Of a stretch of DNA of 64,000 nt, positions 8,712 through 19,330 are shown one piece after another. The translations under genes and the position numbers were made by a program. The stretch lies in assembly GCA_036504355.1 (NCBI GenBank), contig DASXVG010000083.1, positions 8,902-72,901 of the forward strand. The letters are read 5' to 3'. Under the pieces are notes generated by a model. The model did no database searches, was not told the DNA's origin, and worked only from the letters and a program-made list of their open reading frames with translations. This DNA comes from Candidatus Limnocylindrales bacterium (GTDB lineage: Bacteria > Chloroflexota > Limnocylindria > Limnocylindrales > CSP1-4). How positions within the stretch are numbered: the stretch's first letter is position 1; each line of letters begins with the position of its first letter.

Positions 8712-9830
8712 CTACGCCTCGGCGAGCGGCCGGGGGCCCGGGCCGATGTACTTGACGTCCGGGCGGATGAGCCGGTTGTTGGCGCCCTGCTCGATCGCGT
8801 GGGCCGTCCAGCCCGCGTGCCTGGCGAGCGCGAACGTCGCCGGGAACAGGTCCGGGGTGAGACCAACGCCCATCAGCACCGGCGCCGCGTAGTACTCGAC
8901 GTTGGTCTTGAGCGCGCGATCGGGGTGCTTCTCCGCCAGCACGCGCAGCGCAACGTCCTCGATCGCGATCGCCAGCTCCAGCCACTCGGGCTTGTGCTCC
9001 ATGCCCTCGGCGACCTCGCGCAGCGCGGCGGCGCGAGGGTCGTACGCTCGGTACACGCGGTGGCCGAAGCCCATGAGGCGGGTCCCGGACGCAACCGCGT
9101 TTCGGACCCACTCCTCGGCTCGCTCGGGCGAACCCACCTGGTGGATCTGCTCCACGACCTCCGACGGGGCGCCGCCGTGGAGCGGCCCCTTCATCGCGCC
9201 GATCGCGCCGCACACCGCGGACGCGATGTCGGACCGCGTCGAGGTGATGACGCGCGCGGTGAACGTCGACGCATTGAACCCGTGCTCCGCGCCCACGACG
9301 AAGTACGCATCGAGCGCGCGCGCGGTCTCGGGCTCGGGCGCCTCGCCGGTGATCTGGTAGAGGTACCCGGCGACGAGGTCCAGCTCGGGGTCCGGCGCGA
9401 CAGGCTCGAGACCCTGGCGCAGACGCGCGAACGCGGCGAGCGCGGACGGGGAGAAGGCGGTGAGGGCGCGGGCCTGCTCGGGGGTCGGCGGCCACGACGG
9501 GTTGGTCACGGCGCCCCACACGGAGACGGCGGTGCGCAGGGCGTCCATCGGCCGGGCGTCGGCGGGCAGCACGCGGAGGGCCGTCATCACCGCGTCCGGG
9601 ACGGGCGTGCACGGCAGCTTCGCGTCGGCGACCCACTCGCCGGTCCATAGCAGCTCCGCGATGGCGGCGTACGAGCCCTCGTGGACGAGCTCGCCGATCG
9701 AGTAGCCGCGATAGAGGAGGCGGCCGGCCTCGCCGTCGATGTACGAGAGGGCGGTCTCGCCGGCGATCACGCCCTCGAGGCCCGGGGAGTAGGGACGGGT
9801 GTCGGCAGGTGCCGCGGCCAGCTCGCTCAT
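8712..9830 (-). CDS. gltA: Citrate synthase
   Basis: 372 aa: PGLEGVIAGETALSYIDG..LLYRGYSI, GFGHRVYRAYDPRA, ...NRLIRPDVKYIGP. Confidence 0.92.
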   Translation of the reverse strand: MSELAAAPADTRPYSPGLEGVIAGETALSYIDGEAGRLLYRGYSIGELVHEGSYAAIAELLWTGEWVADAKLPCTPVPDAVMTALRVLPADARPMDALRTAVSVWGAVTNPSWPPTPEQARALTAFSPSALAAFARLRQGLEPVAPDPELDLVAGYLYQITGEAPEPETARALDAYFVVGAEHGFNASTFTARVITSTRSDIASAVCGAIGAMKGPLHGGAPSEVVEQIHQVGSPERAEEWVRNAVASGTRLMGFGHRVYRAYDPRAAALREVAEGMEHKPEWLELAIAIEDVALRVLAEKHPDRALKTNVEYYAAPVLMGVGLTPDLFPATFALARHAGWTAHAIEQGANNRLIRPDVKYIGPGPRPLAEA

Positions 9831-9949
9831 GCGTGGATGGTAGACCTACGGGCCAGCCCGTGACGGGCCGGTCGTCCCCTGCGACCGTGCCGAACGGCGT
9901 GGATCGGTCGACCCGGCGGGCGCGAGCGTCGACCCCGCGACGGACGCTC

Positions 9950-10207
9950 CTAGCGGTTGCCCTCGATCGCGCGCAGGACCAGCCGGACCGCGACCGCGCC
10001 GATCGTCGCGAACAGCAGCGCGCCGATGAACCCCTCCACGCGACCGAAGCCCATCGCGCCGCTCAGCCAGCCGCCGATCACGCCGCCGATGACGCCGACG
10101 ATCATCGTGGGCAGGCAGCCCTGGACGGAGCGCGACCCGACGAACCAGCCCGAGATGGAGCCGGCGAGGAAGCCGATGACGATCCAGCCGATGAGTCCCA
10201 TGTCCAT
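9950..10207 (-). CDS. GlsB/YeaQ/YmgE family stress-response membrane protein
   Basis: 85 aa: MDMGLIGWIVIGFLAGSISGW...IVGVIGGVIGGWL, the typical Gly-zipper transglycosylase-associated family pattern. Confidence 0.85.
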   Translation of the reverse strand: MDMGLIGWIVIGFLAGSISGWFVGSRSVQGCLPTMIVGVIGGVIGGWLSGAMGFGRVEGFIGALLFATIGAVAVRLVLRAIEGNR

Positions 10208-10232
10208 GGCCTGAGTCTGCCACGGGAAGCGC

Positions 10233-11077
10233 TCAGGATGCGAGGAACCGCTCGATCGCCGCGAGGAACGCGTCGGGGTGGCTGTGGTGGGCCGCGTGCC
10301 GGGCGCCATCGATGACCTCGAGCCGCCCGCCCGGCAGCCGGGCTTGCAGCCGCTGGGCCCCTTCGCGGAACCCGGCCGTGCCTGCGGACCCGACGAGCTG
10401 GAGCACGGGGACGGTCACGCGGGCAAGCGCGCTGATCCCGATCGCCGGGTCCCCATCGGCGGCCTCGAGCTCGCGACGATCGTCGGGGCGGCGGCGGCCC
10501 GGGGCGCCCAGATCGCGTCCGCGCGGAAGGCCGCCAGCTCGGCTGCGGGCATTCCCACCGCCTGCGTCATGAACCGTGCGAGCAGTCCGTCCCTGTCGCC
10601 GCGGGCGAGTTCCGCGCGGAGCGCATCGAGCAGCGTGTCTCGTTCCCGCGTCGCGCGCGCCTCGACCGGCGCGCTCTCGTACGCGGCGACGCGACGGATC
10701 GCCGCCGTGCGCACCGACGCCGCGAGCGCGATCCGCCCGCCGAGCGAGTGACCGATGACGTCCACGGGTCCGCCGGCGTCGGCGGCGAGCGCCTCGGCGA
10801 CCGTGGCGAGATCCTCGAGCTCGCGCTCGATCGAGTACCCGCCCGGCGGCCCGTCCGTGGAGTCGCCGCGGCCCCGACGGTCGATGGCGTGGACGGCGTG
10901 CCCCCTCGCGAGGTCGGGCGCGACGACGCGCCAGGTCCGGTGGTCGGCGGTCGTGCCGTGGACGAGCAGGAGCGGCGGCCCGGGGGCGTCCGGGAGCCCA
11001 GCCGAGAACACCGCGATCCGGGCGCCATCCGGCGCAGTGACGTGGCACGACGGCGCGTCCGGGAACGGGGCGACCAT
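10233..11077 (-). pseudogene. Alpha/beta hydrolase interrupted by a 1-nt frameshift (or assembly error)
   Basis: The N-terminal 2/3 (LLLVHGTTADHRTW, nucleophile elbow GHSLGG) is in one frame that stops at 10415. The canonical C-terminus (VPVLQLVGSAGT...LEVIDGARHAAHHSHPDAFLAAIERFL) is in the -1 frame and ends at 10233. The switch lies in the GC-rich run near 10480-10505. Confidence 0.75.
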
Positions 11078-11138
11078 GCTTCCAGCGTACCGCCGTGCCG
11101 CGGGTCCGCCGGTGGCGCCTCGCCCCCGACCCGCGCCC

Positions 11139-11963
11139 TCAGGAGAGCGTGAGCTCCGCGGCAGCGGCCGGATCGAGGAGCCACACGGCGTTCGGGAGGC
11201 GGGCCGCACGGAGCGGCAGCTCGCGGACGTCGTCGCCGGACCAGGCCCTGCCGACGTTCGACGCCTTTCCGGCGCCCGTCGTCACGACGAGCACCTCGCC
11301 GGCGGCCGCGAGCAGGCGCGGGTGGATCGTGACGCGCTCCACGTGCGGCTCGACGTGCTCCGGCGCGGGGACCGGCGCCACGTTCGTGCCCGCGTCCCAC
11401 ACCGCCGAGCCCGGGAACACGGACAGGATGTGCCCGTCGGGCCCGACGCCCAGCCAGACGAGGTCGAACGACGGCAGCCCGTCCGCGCCCGGGGGAACGG
11501 CCTCGGCGAGCTCTGCGGCGTAGGCCGCGGCCGCGCCGACGACGCCCGTTCCATGGCCGATCGCCGCAGACATCGGGATCGGGTGGAGGTTGCCCGCCGG
11601 GATGCGCACACCCAGCCCGAGCTGGCCCACGTCCGAGGCCGTCGCCCCGTTGTCGGACCCGTCACCGCCGCTGTCGAGGAGGATCTGCTCGAGCGGCAGG
11701 ACGTTGGACAGCGGGTGGTCCACGGGCACGAAGCGGTCGTCGCCCCACCATACGTGAACGCGACTCCAGTCGAGCGCCTCGCGCAGCGGCGGCGCGCCCA
11801 GCAGCCGGTACACGGGCGGCGCGGCCGACCCGCCGGTCGTCGCCCAGTGCGCGACGCCGCGTGCCGCGATTGCCGCGGCGAGCACGCGGACGATCTCCTC
11901 GGCAGCCGCCCGGGCGACCTCGTCGGCGGTCGGGAGGACGCGGACCTGGGGCACGGACGACAT
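11139..11963 (-). CDS. pgl: 6-phosphogluconolactonase
   Basis: ...GGSAAPPVYRLL, WWGDDRFVPVDHPLSN, WLGVGPDGHILSVFPGS. GAGG lies 6 nt upstream of ATG 11963. The track start 11969 is a TTG. Confidence 0.9.
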   Translation of the reverse strand: MSSVPQVRVLPTADEVARAAAEEIVRVLAAAIAARGVAHWATTGGSAAPPVYRLLGAPPLREALDWSRVHVWWGDDRFVPVDHPLSNVLPLEQILLDSGGDGSDNGATASDVGQLGLGVRIPAGNLHPIPMSAAIGHGTGVVGAAAAYAAELAEAVPPGADGLPSFDLVWLGVGPDGHILSVFPGSAVWDAGTNVAPVPAPEHVEPHVERVTIHPRLLAAAGEVLVVTTGAGKASNVGRAWSGDDVRELPLRAARLPNAVWLLDPAAAAELTLS

Positions 11964-11988
11964 GGGCAACCTCGAGTGTGCGGAGGGG

Positions 11989-13329
11989 TCAGTCGCGATG
12001 TCGATGGCCGATGAGCTCGGCCGCCTTGCGGATCGTCTCGACGGCGAGCGGGTCCCGCCCGCCGGTCTCGAGGGCCTCGCCGAGCAGGTCGACCTCGCCG
12101 CGGCGCGGCGCCTTGAACGTGCGGTCGATGGCCTGAACGCCGTCGAGCCAGGTGTGGACGTGGACGTTGTCGGCCTCGGCGGTGACGTCGGTGCGAAGCT
12201 CGGAGCCGCGGCGCTCGGCGAGGATCTCGACCCGGAGCGTCGTCCCGGGCGGCATCGGCGAGGAGACGGGGCGCATGACCACGGTCACCTCGCCGGACGC
12301 GCCCCGGAGCTTGCCGGCGAGTCCCCGGTCCATCGGCGGCTTCTCGCCGGGCCGGAGACGCAGTGGCGCGCCCGGGCGGCGCGCGTCCACGTGCGCGAGC
12401 GGCGACGTCACCCGCATCCCCAGCCGGGAGGCGAGCCACGCCACGTGGTACAGCGGCTTGACGACGTTCGTGGACCCGGGCAGCCCGATCTCGTCGTGGG
12501 TGCCGTACGTGACGGAGATGCGCCTGATCGACCAGAGGAACGGAAGGAACTCCGGGAGGTCGAACACGGACGCGATCGCCTCTCGCCAGCGTGACTGCCG
12601 GACCAGCGCGAAGTCGCGGATCGCGAGGCGGTCGAACTCGTCGTACAGCGCGGCGAGCTGGTGGAGGCGCGCGAGCCCGTCGCCGCTCCACGAGGACGCA
12701 TCCACGACCAGGCGGTCGGTGACCTCCAGCAGCTCGCGCGCCGGCTCGCGATCGAGCGGCGGCTCGCCCGGCCACCAGACGGTGACCGGAAGGTCATGGA
12801 CGAGCAGGGGCTCCACGAGCGCGGTCAGGTGTCGTCCGGTCTCGCCGCCTGCCGTGAGGAAGATCATCTCGGTGCAGGTCTCGGGCGCGTCCTCGCGCGG
12901 GAGCACGCAGTGGGCCTGGATCCGCGCCTCGAGCCACGGCGGGCCGTCCGGGTCCGCGGACAGCACGATGAGCGTCCGCGACGGGTGGCGACCGGTCAGG
13001 CGCTGGATCGTCTCGGCGGTGCGCTCGCCGACCTCGGGCTGGCGCGCGACGACCACGAGGTTCATCACCGACGTCCGCGCGGCGATATGGCGGAAGGGCC
13101 GCTCCTCGTCCGACCCGACGACCAGGTCGGGCTGGGCCCAGATCCGGTTGAGCTCCTTCTCGATGTCGTCGATCGAGTGGGCGTGGCTGAGCCAGCGCAT
13201 CGTGGGCTCGCCGGGCGTCGGCGGCTCGACGAGCGCGACCCGGCCGCCGCCCGCGGGGCGCACGCCGACCGCGACGATGTCCCCCGGCTGGTGGCCGCCC
13301 GCGTTCGGGCTGGTCAGATCCTTCGCCAC
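11989..13329 (-). CDS. opcA: Glucose-6-phosphate dehydrogenase assembly protein OpcA
   Basis: IEKELNRIW..., ARTSVMNLVVVA, RHPSRTLIV, HDLPVTVWWPGEPP. Its position between zwf and pgl is classical. GC3 stays high up to GTG 13329 (16-nt overlap with zwf). ATG 13200 is an alternative start. Confidence 0.85.
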   Translation of the reverse strand: MAKDLTSPNAGGHQPGDIVAVGVRPAGGGRVALVEPPTPGEPTMRWLSHAHSIDDIEKELNRIWAQPDLVVGSDEERPFRHIAARTSVMNLVVVARQPEVGERTAETIQRLTGRHPSRTLIVLSADPDGPPWLEARIQAHCVLPREDAPETCTEMIFLTAGGETGRHLTALVEPLLVHDLPVTVWWPGEPPLDREPARELLEVTDRLVVDASSWSGDGLARLHQLAALYDEFDRLAIRDFALVRQSRWREAIASVFDLPEFLPFLWSIRRISVTYGTHDEIGLPGSTNVVKPLYHVAWLASRLGMRVTSPLAHVDARRPGAPLRLRPGEKPPMDRGLAGKLRGASGEVTVVMRPVSSPMPPGTTLRVEILAERRGSELRTDVTAEADNVHVHTWLDGVQAIDRTFKAPRRGEVDLLGEALETGGRDPLAVETIRKAAELIGHRHRD

Positions 13330-15077
13330 CGTCGGCCCTCGCGGGCAAGCAGGTCGTCCGCCGCCTCCGGGCCCCACGTGCCCGCCTCGTAGTTGGGGAA
13401 GTCAGGGGCCGGCATCTCCGCCCATGCCGAGATGACCGGGTCCACGATCGACCACGCCTCCTCCACCTCGTCCGCCCGGGTGAACAGCGAGGCGTCGCCG
13501 AGGAGCACGTCGAGGATCAGCGTCTCGTACGCGTCCGGGCTGTCCACCTGGAACGCGGAGCCGTAGGTGAAGTCCATGGTGACGTTTCGGACGTCGATGC
13601 CGAGGCCCGGGACCTTCGCCCCGAAGCGGAGCATGATCCCCTCGTCGGGCTGGATCCGCATCGCGAGCAGGTTCGGCTCGGGGTCGGTCGCGCTGTCCTT
13701 GAACAGCTGGTGGGGGACCTCCTTGAACTGGATCGCGATCTCGGTGGCGCGCTTCGGGAGGCGCTTGCCCATCCGGAGGTAGAACGGGACGCCCGACCAG
13801 CGCCAGTCGTCCACGGTGAGCCGAGCCGCGATGAACGTCTCGGTCTCGGACTCCGGGTTGACCTCGGCTTCCTGGCGATACCCCACGACGGGCTTGGCCG
13901 AGACCCAGCCGGGCCCGTACTGGCCGCGGATGACGTCCGTGCGGATCTGCTGGGGCGAGAGCTCGGCAACGGCGCGGATGACCTTCACCTTCTCGTCGCG
14001 CAGCGCATCGGCCTCGAACGTCGCGGGCGGCTCCATCGCCACGAGGCTCAGGAGCTGGAGGAGGTGGTTCTGGAGGAAGTCGCGCGAGGCGCCCGTCTCC
14101 TCGTAGAACGAGCCGCGGTTCTCGATCCCGATCGACTCCGCCACGGTGATCTGCACGTGGTCGATGTGGCGGCGGTTCCAGATGGGCTCGAAGATCCCGT
14201 TGCCGAACCGGAACACCAACAGGTTGCGGACGGTCTCCTTGCCCAGGTAGTGGTCGATGCGGTAGACCTGCCGCTCGCGGAAGACCTTGCCCACCTCCCG
14301 GTTGAGGCGGATCGCCGAGTCGAGGTCGTGGCCGAACGGCTTCTCGATGACGACCCGCCGCCAGCCGCCCTCGTGGCGCTCGTGGTCCAGGCCCGCCTTG
14401 CCCAGCTGCTGGACGATCTCCGGGAACGCGGACGGCTGGGTCGCGAGGTAGTAGACGCGATTGCCGCGGGTGCCTCGCTGCTCGTCGAGCGTGTCCAGCC
14501 GACGGGCGAGCTCGCTGTAGGTGACCGGGTCGGCGAAGTCACCGCGGTGGTAGACGATCCGCTCCGCGAGGTCGTCCCACGTCTCCTTGTCCACGGGCTG
14601 GACGCGGCTGTACTTGTCCAGCGCGTCCTTGATCTCCGCCCGGAACGCGTCGTTCGTGTACGGCCTGCGTCCGACCGCGACGATCGTGAACTCGTGCGGC
14701 AGGAGGTGGGTCCGCCACAGCTGGAACAGGGCCGGGAGGACCTTGCGGTGCGACAGGTCGCCCGTCGCGCCGAACAGGACGAAGATCGCGGGGTCGGGGA
14801 CGCGCTCGAGGCGTAGGCCTTCGCGGAGCGGGTTCTCGAGCGTCTTCGGGGCGGTCGTGCGGCGCTTGCTCTCCGTCGCCAGCCGCAGGTCGCGCATCGT
14901 TCGCGGGGCGTCCTTCCGGGGGACGGATGCAGGGGCGGGCGTCGAAAGCGGCTCCTTCTGCGGGGCTTCCACCGCTGCCGCGTGCGGGACCGCCAGCGGT
15001 GCCTGCTTCGCGGCCTCCTTCTCGGCCTTCGGTGCCGTGGTCGCCTTGGACGCCTTCGCGGGGGTCATCGCCGCCAT
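13314..15077 (-). CDS. zwf: Glucose-6-phosphate dehydrogenase, with a possible Lys/Ala/Pro-rich N-terminal extension
   Basis: VLFGATGDLSHRKVLPAL, RIDHYLGKE, ...WRRI C-terminus. The conserved core starts near ATG 14897. High GC3 continues upstream to ATG 15077, so the start is uncertain between 14897, 15068 and 15077. Confidence 0.92.
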   Translation of the reverse strand: MAAMTPAKASKATTAPKAEKEAAKQAPLAVPHAAAVEAPQKEPLSTPAPASVPRKDAPRTMRDLRLATESKRRTTAPKTLENPLREGLRLERVPDPAIFVLFGATGDLSHRKVLPALFQLWRTHLLPHEFTIVAVGRRPYTNDAFRAEIKDALDKYSRVQPVDKETWDDLAERIVYHRGDFADPVTYSELARRLDTLDEQRGTRGNRVYYLATQPSAFPEIVQQLGKAGLDHERHEGGWRRVVIEKPFGHDLDSAIRLNREVGKVFRERQVYRIDHYLGKETVRNLLVFRFGNGIFEPIWNRRHIDHVQITVAESIGIENRGSFYEETGASRDFLQNHLLQLLSLVAMEPPATFEADALRDEKVKVIRAVAELSPQQIRTDVIRGQYGPGWVSAKPVVGYRQEAEVNPESETETFIAARLTVDDWRWSGVPFYLRMGKRLPKRATEIAIQFKEVPHQLFKDSATDPEPNLLAMRIQPDEGIMLRFGAKVPGLGIDVRNVTMDFTYGSAFQVDSPDAYETLILDVLLGDASLFTRADEVEEAWSIVDPVISAWAEMPAPDFPNYEAGTWGPEAADDLLAREGRRWRRI

Positions 15078-15371
15078 CCGCGAACGTGAAGCGTGCCATA
15101 TCGCGCCCGATCGCGAGCCTCGGTCCGCGACGCGCGGATCCCGGCCGGTCGGACGCTCAGCCGTACGGGGCCGACGACCACACACGACCGGGCTTCGTGC
15201 ACGGCGCGGGCGCGCGACCAGGCCGCTCCCGTGGACGATCCCGGGTCGTTGCTGAACGTGAACCGGGGCGCGCGCGTGGTCACCACGACTGCTGTTCGTT
15301 GCCGGGGCCACTGGCGGATCGGCTGGGGGCTGGCACGACACACCCTCGTAGATGGGATCGGGCGAAGGCGC

Positions 15372-16271
15372 CTATTCGGTCTTGACCGCGTGGCCGCCGA
15401 ACTCGTTGCGCAGGGCCGCGAGCACCTTGGCGCCGTACGAGTCATCCTGGCGAGACCGGAACCGGGTGAGGAGCGAGAGGGTGATGACCGGGGCCGGAAC
15501 GTCCTTGTCGATCGCCTCCTGGACCGTCCAGCGCCCCTCGCCCGAGTCGGCCACCCAGCCCTTGAGATGGGCGAGGTCCTGGCCCTGGCTCTTGAACGCG
15601 CTCGCGGCGAGCTCGAGCAGCCACGACCGGACCACCGAGCCGTGCATCCACATGTCGGAGATCGCGGCGAGGTCCAGCGGGTAGTCGCTCGCGTGCATGA
15701 TCTCGAAGCCCTCGGCATACGCCTGCATCAGGCCGTACTCGATGCCGTTGTGGACCATCTTCACGTAGTGGCCCGCCCCCGGCCCGCCGACGTGCAGGTA
15801 GCCGCCCTCCGGGGCCAGCGAGAGGAACACGGGCTCGAGCGGCTTCACCCACTGCTCGTCGCCGCCGACCATGAGGCAGTAGCCCACCTGGAGACCCCAG
15901 ATCCCGCCCGACGTCCCGGCGTCCACGTACCCGATGCCCTTCTCGGCGAGCAGCTTCTGGCGCCGGACGTCGTCGTGGAAGTTGGTGTTGCCGCCATCGA
16001 TGATCGTGTCGCCTGCCTCCAGGTGCTCGAGCAGCTCCTCGATCTGCGCCTCGGTCGCATCACCCGCGGGGACCATGATCCAGACCGCGCGCGGCTTCTC
16101 GAGCTTGGCGACGAGCTCGGCGATCGTGAACGCCGCATCGGCACCCTCGCCCGCGATCTCCTTCGTCTTCTCCGGCGTCCGGTTGTAGGCGACGATCTCG
16201 TGCCCGTCGCGGAGCAGGCGGCGAACCATGTTCGCGCCCATCCGCCCGAGTCCGATGAAGCCGATGCGCAT
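15372..16271 (-). CDS. gnd: 6-phosphogluconate dehydrogenase (decarboxylating), short form of about 300 aa
   Basis: MRIGFIGLGRMGANMVRRL, ...IDGGNTNFHDD, GTSGGIWG, HYVKMVHNGIEYG. SD GGAGA lies 8 nt upstream of ATG 16271. Confidence 0.9.
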   Translation of the reverse strand: MRIGFIGLGRMGANMVRRLLRDGHEIVAYNRTPEKTKEIAGEGADAAFTIAELVAKLEKPRAVWIMVPAGDATEAQIEELLEHLEAGDTIIDGGNTNFHDDVRRQKLLAEKGIGYVDAGTSGGIWGLQVGYCLMVGGDEQWVKPLEPVFLSLAPEGGYLHVGGPGAGHYVKMVHNGIEYGLMQAYAEGFEIMHASDYPLDLAAISDMWMHGSVVRSWLLELAASAFKSQGQDLAHLKGWVADSGEGRWTVQEAIDKDVPAPVITLSLLTRFRSRQDDSYGAKVLAALRNEFGGHAVKTE

Positions 16272-16572
16272 GGCGGGGATCTCCGTGGGCTGGGGGAGCG
16301 TCGGGATGGTCGGTAGAGCATAGGACCCGGGATCGCGTCTCGTGTTTCGGGATGGTTGCAACCGCTCCTGTCACCGCGGCTCAGGTCCTCCCGGGAGCGG
16401 GCAGGTTCCCGTGGGTGGCCATCAGGCGCTCGAGGGACTCGCCCTCCGGTGGGAGCGCGTCGCGCTGCCCCTGAACCGTCGGCCGAACAGGAGCAACGAC
16501 CCCACGAGGGAGTCCGGTTCGAGCGCCAGGCGCAGCCGCGTGTCGGAGGAACCCGGCTCGACATCGCCCGGG

Positions 16573-17052
16573 TCAGGCGTCCTCGGCCGGACCCATCGAG
16601 TCGGCCTCGATCGCCAGCACCTTGCCCAGCCGGCGGACGTGGCGCGGCTCGCCGGAGAAGCGGGCCGCGAGGAACGCGAGCGAGCACTCCGCGGCGGGCT
16701 CGATGCCGATGACCCGGGCGCCGAGGGTCAGGACGTTCATGTCGTCGTGCTCCACGCCCTGGTGCGCGCTGTACGTGTCGTGGCAGACGGCGGTCCGGAT
16801 CCCGCGCATCTTGTTCGCCGCGACCGAGGCACCCACGCCCGACCCGCAGATCAGGATGCCGCGGTCGGCGCGGCCCTCCTGGATCTCGAGCCCCAGCCGC
16901 TGGGCGAAGTCCGGGTAGTCGTCCTCGGGGTCGGAGCCGTCGCCGCCCAGGTCCTGCAGCTCGTGCTCGCCCGCCGTGAGGCCGGCCAGCTTCGCGATGA
17001 GCTCGTCCTTGAACCGCGCCCCGGCGTGATCGGCGGCGAACGCGACGCGCAT
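16573..17052 (-). CDS. rpiB: Ribose-5-phosphate isomerase B
   Basis: 159 aa: [11 protein letters not shown]..., [33 protein letters not shown] upstream, 14 nt after the tkt stop. Confidence 0.92.
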   Translation of the reverse strand: MRVAFAADHAGARFKDELIAKLAGLTAGEHELQDLGGDGSDPEDDYPDFAQRLGLEIQEGRADRGILICGSGVGASVAANKMRGIRTAVCHDTYSAHQGVEHDDMNVLTLGARVIGIEPAAECSLAFLAARFSGEPRHVRRLGKVLAIEADSMGPAEDA

Positions 17053-17066
17053 CGTCAGGCTCCTGC

Positions 17067-19208
17067 TCAGTCGTGCCCGGGGTCGCTGGACGGCGTTCGG
17101 CCCGTGCCGGAGTCCCCGGTCCCGAGGGTCGGGTGGTCGCCGTGCGGCAGGCTCAGCGTCTTCTGGCGGCCGTGGAGCCCGTCGCGGACGACCCTGCGGC
17201 CGACGTCGGCGACGCGCTCCGTCGTGAACCCGAACTCCTTGAAAATCGTGCCGGCCGGTGCGCTCGCGCCAAAGTGGTCGATGCCGATGATCGCCCCTTC
17301 ATCGCCGACCCAGCGCTCCCACCCGAGCGAGATCCCCGCCTCGACCGAGACGCGCTTGTTGACCGCCGGTGGCAGGACGCGGTCGCGGTACGCCTGGTCC
17401 TGGGCGTCGAAGCGCTCCCAGCACGGGAGGCTCACGACCCGGGTCGGGATGCCGTCCGCCTCGAGCGCGTCCGCCGCCGTGACGCACAGCTGGAGCTCGG
17501 AGCCGGTCCCGATGAGGATGAGCTGCGGGGTGCCGCCGCCCGCCTCGCGCAGGATGTACCCGCCGCGGCGGACGCCTTCGCGGGCGTGCTCGCTCGTCCC
17601 GGCGAGGGTCGGGAGCTTCTGTCGGGTCAGCGCCAGCGCCACCGGTCCGACGGACGCCCCGGCGATCGCCGGCCGCTCCACCGCGAGCGCCCACGCGGCG
17701 GAGGCTTCGTTCGGGTCGCCCGGGCGCACGAACCACAGGTTGGGGATCGCCCGCAGCGCCGCGTAGTGCTCCACGGGCTGATGCGTGGGCCCGTCCTCGC
17801 CGAGGCCCACGGAGTCGTGGGTCCAGACATACGTGACGTGGAGCCCGGAGAGTGCGGCGAGCCGGACCGACCCGCGCATGTAGTCGCTGAAGGTGAGGAA
17901 TGTCGCCGCGTACGGCAGGAACCCCCCGTGGTACGCGATGCCGTTGACGATGCCGCCCATCGCGTGCTCGCGGACCCCGAACCGGAGGTTGCGCCCGGCG
18001 TGCCCGGCCTCGAAGTGGTCGGGGCCCTTGGCCTTGACGTCGGTGAGGTTGGACTCCGACAGGTCCGCTGACCCGCCGAACAGCTCGGGCAAGGCCGCGG
18101 CGAGGACCTGGATCGCGTCCTGGCTCACGTTGCGGGTCGCGGCCTCCGAGCCCGTGGCGAAGGACGGGAGCCCGGCGTCCCAGCCGTCGGGGAGCCGGCC
18201 GGCGATGCGGCGCCGCAGCTCAGCGGCCTCGGCCGGATAGGCCTCGGCGTAGGCGGCGAGGGCGGTCTCCCACTCGGACACGAGCTCCTTGCCCGCCGGG
18301 ACCGCCCGGAGGAACAGCGCGGCGGCCTCGTCGGGGACGAAGAACGTCTTGTCGGGGTCCCAGCCGTAGGCCTCCTTGGTCAGGCGGACCTCGTCCGGGC
18401 CGAGCGGCGCTCCGTGCGCCTTCTGGGTGCCCTGCTTGTTCGGGGACCCGTAGCCGATGACGGTCCGGACCGCGATGATCGACGGCCGCTCGTCGACCTT
18501 CGCGGCCGCGATGGCGGCGTCGATCGCCGCGACGTCGTTGCCGTCGTCCACGCGCTGGACGTGCCAGCCGTACGCCGCGTACCGCCCCAGGACGTCCTCG
18601 GTGAACGCCCAGGCCGTCGGCCCGTCGAGCTGGATCCGGTTGTCGTCGTACAGCGCGATCAGCTTGCCCAGCTGCAGGTGGCCAGCGAGCGAGCTCGCCT
18701 CCGCGCTGAGGCCCTCCTGGAGGTCGCCGTCGGAGCAGATGACGTACGTGTGGTGGTCGATGAGCTCGTGGCCCTCGCGATTGAACTCCGCGGCCAGCCG
18801 CCGCTCCGCGATCGCCATGCCCACGGCGTTCGTGAGGCCCTGGCCGAGCGGGCCGGTCGTCGCCTCGACACCCGGGGTGAGCCCGTACTCCGGGTGACCC
18901 GGCGTGATCGAGCCCCACTGGCGGAATGACTTCAGGTCGTCGAGGGTGACCCCGTAGCCGGTCAGGTGGAGCATCGAGTACAGGAGCATCGAGGCGTGCC
19001 CGGCGCTGAGCACGAACCGGTCGCGGTTGGGCCAGGCGGGGTTGGTCGGCGCGTGGCGGAGGTGGCGGGTCCACAGCGCATACGTCATCGGCGCCATGCC
19101 CATCGGCGCTCCGGGATGCCCGGAGTTGGCCTGCTGGACGCCATCGATCGAGAGGGTGCGGATCGTGTCGACCGCCAGCTGGTCGAGCTGGTCCGTGGCG
19201 GTTGTCAT
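17067..19208 (-). CDS. tkt: Transketolase
   Basis: [62 protein letters not shown] upstream of ATG 19208. The C-terminal tail is about 30 aa beyond the usual end. Confidence 0.95.
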   Translation of the reverse strand: MTTATDQLDQLAVDTIRTLSIDGVQQANSGHPGAPMGMAPMTYALWTRHLRHAPTNPAWPNRDRFVLSAGHASMLLYSMLHLTGYGVTLDDLKSFRQWGSITPGHPEYGLTPGVEATTGPLGQGLTNAVGMAIAERRLAAEFNREGHELIDHHTYVICSDGDLQEGLSAEASSLAGHLQLGKLIALYDDNRIQLDGPTAWAFTEDVLGRYAAYGWHVQRVDDGNDVAAIDAAIAAAKVDERPSIIAVRTVIGYGSPNKQGTQKAHGAPLGPDEVRLTKEAYGWDPDKTFFVPDEAAALFLRAVPAGKELVSEWETALAAYAEAYPAEAAELRRRIAGRLPDGWDAGLPSFATGSEAATRNVSQDAIQVLAAALPELFGGSADLSESNLTDVKAKGPDHFEAGHAGRNLRFGVREHAMGGIVNGIAYHGGFLPYAATFLTFSDYMRGSVRLAALSGLHVTYVWTHDSVGLGEDGPTHQPVEHYAALRAIPNLWFVRPGDPNEASAAWALAVERPAIAGASVGPVALALTRQKLPTLAGTSEHAREGVRRGGYILREAGGGTPQLILIGTGSELQLCVTAADALEADGIPTRVVSLPCWERFDAQDQAYRDRVLPPAVNKRVSVEAGISLGWERWVGDEGAIIGIDHFGASAPAGTIFKEFGFTTERVADVGRRVVRDGLHGRQKTLSLPHGDHPTLGTGDSGTGRTPSSDPGHD

Positions 19209-19330
19209 CGCTGTCTCCGGGGTTCGCGGGACGCTGGACGGACCGGCGCGCCGTGCGGTGGCGCGTGCGGCGCGGCGCGTGCGGCCGCGAGCCTCCATCG
19301 TACCGCGCACCGGTCGCTAGACTCAGCGCG

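Noticed and set aside
16272-16572. Hidden transaldolase remnant or small gene in the rpiB-gnd spacer
   Set aside because: I translated the frames by eye and found only Arg/Ser/Pro-rich sequence with no tal motifs. I treat it as a promoter/leader region for gnd.
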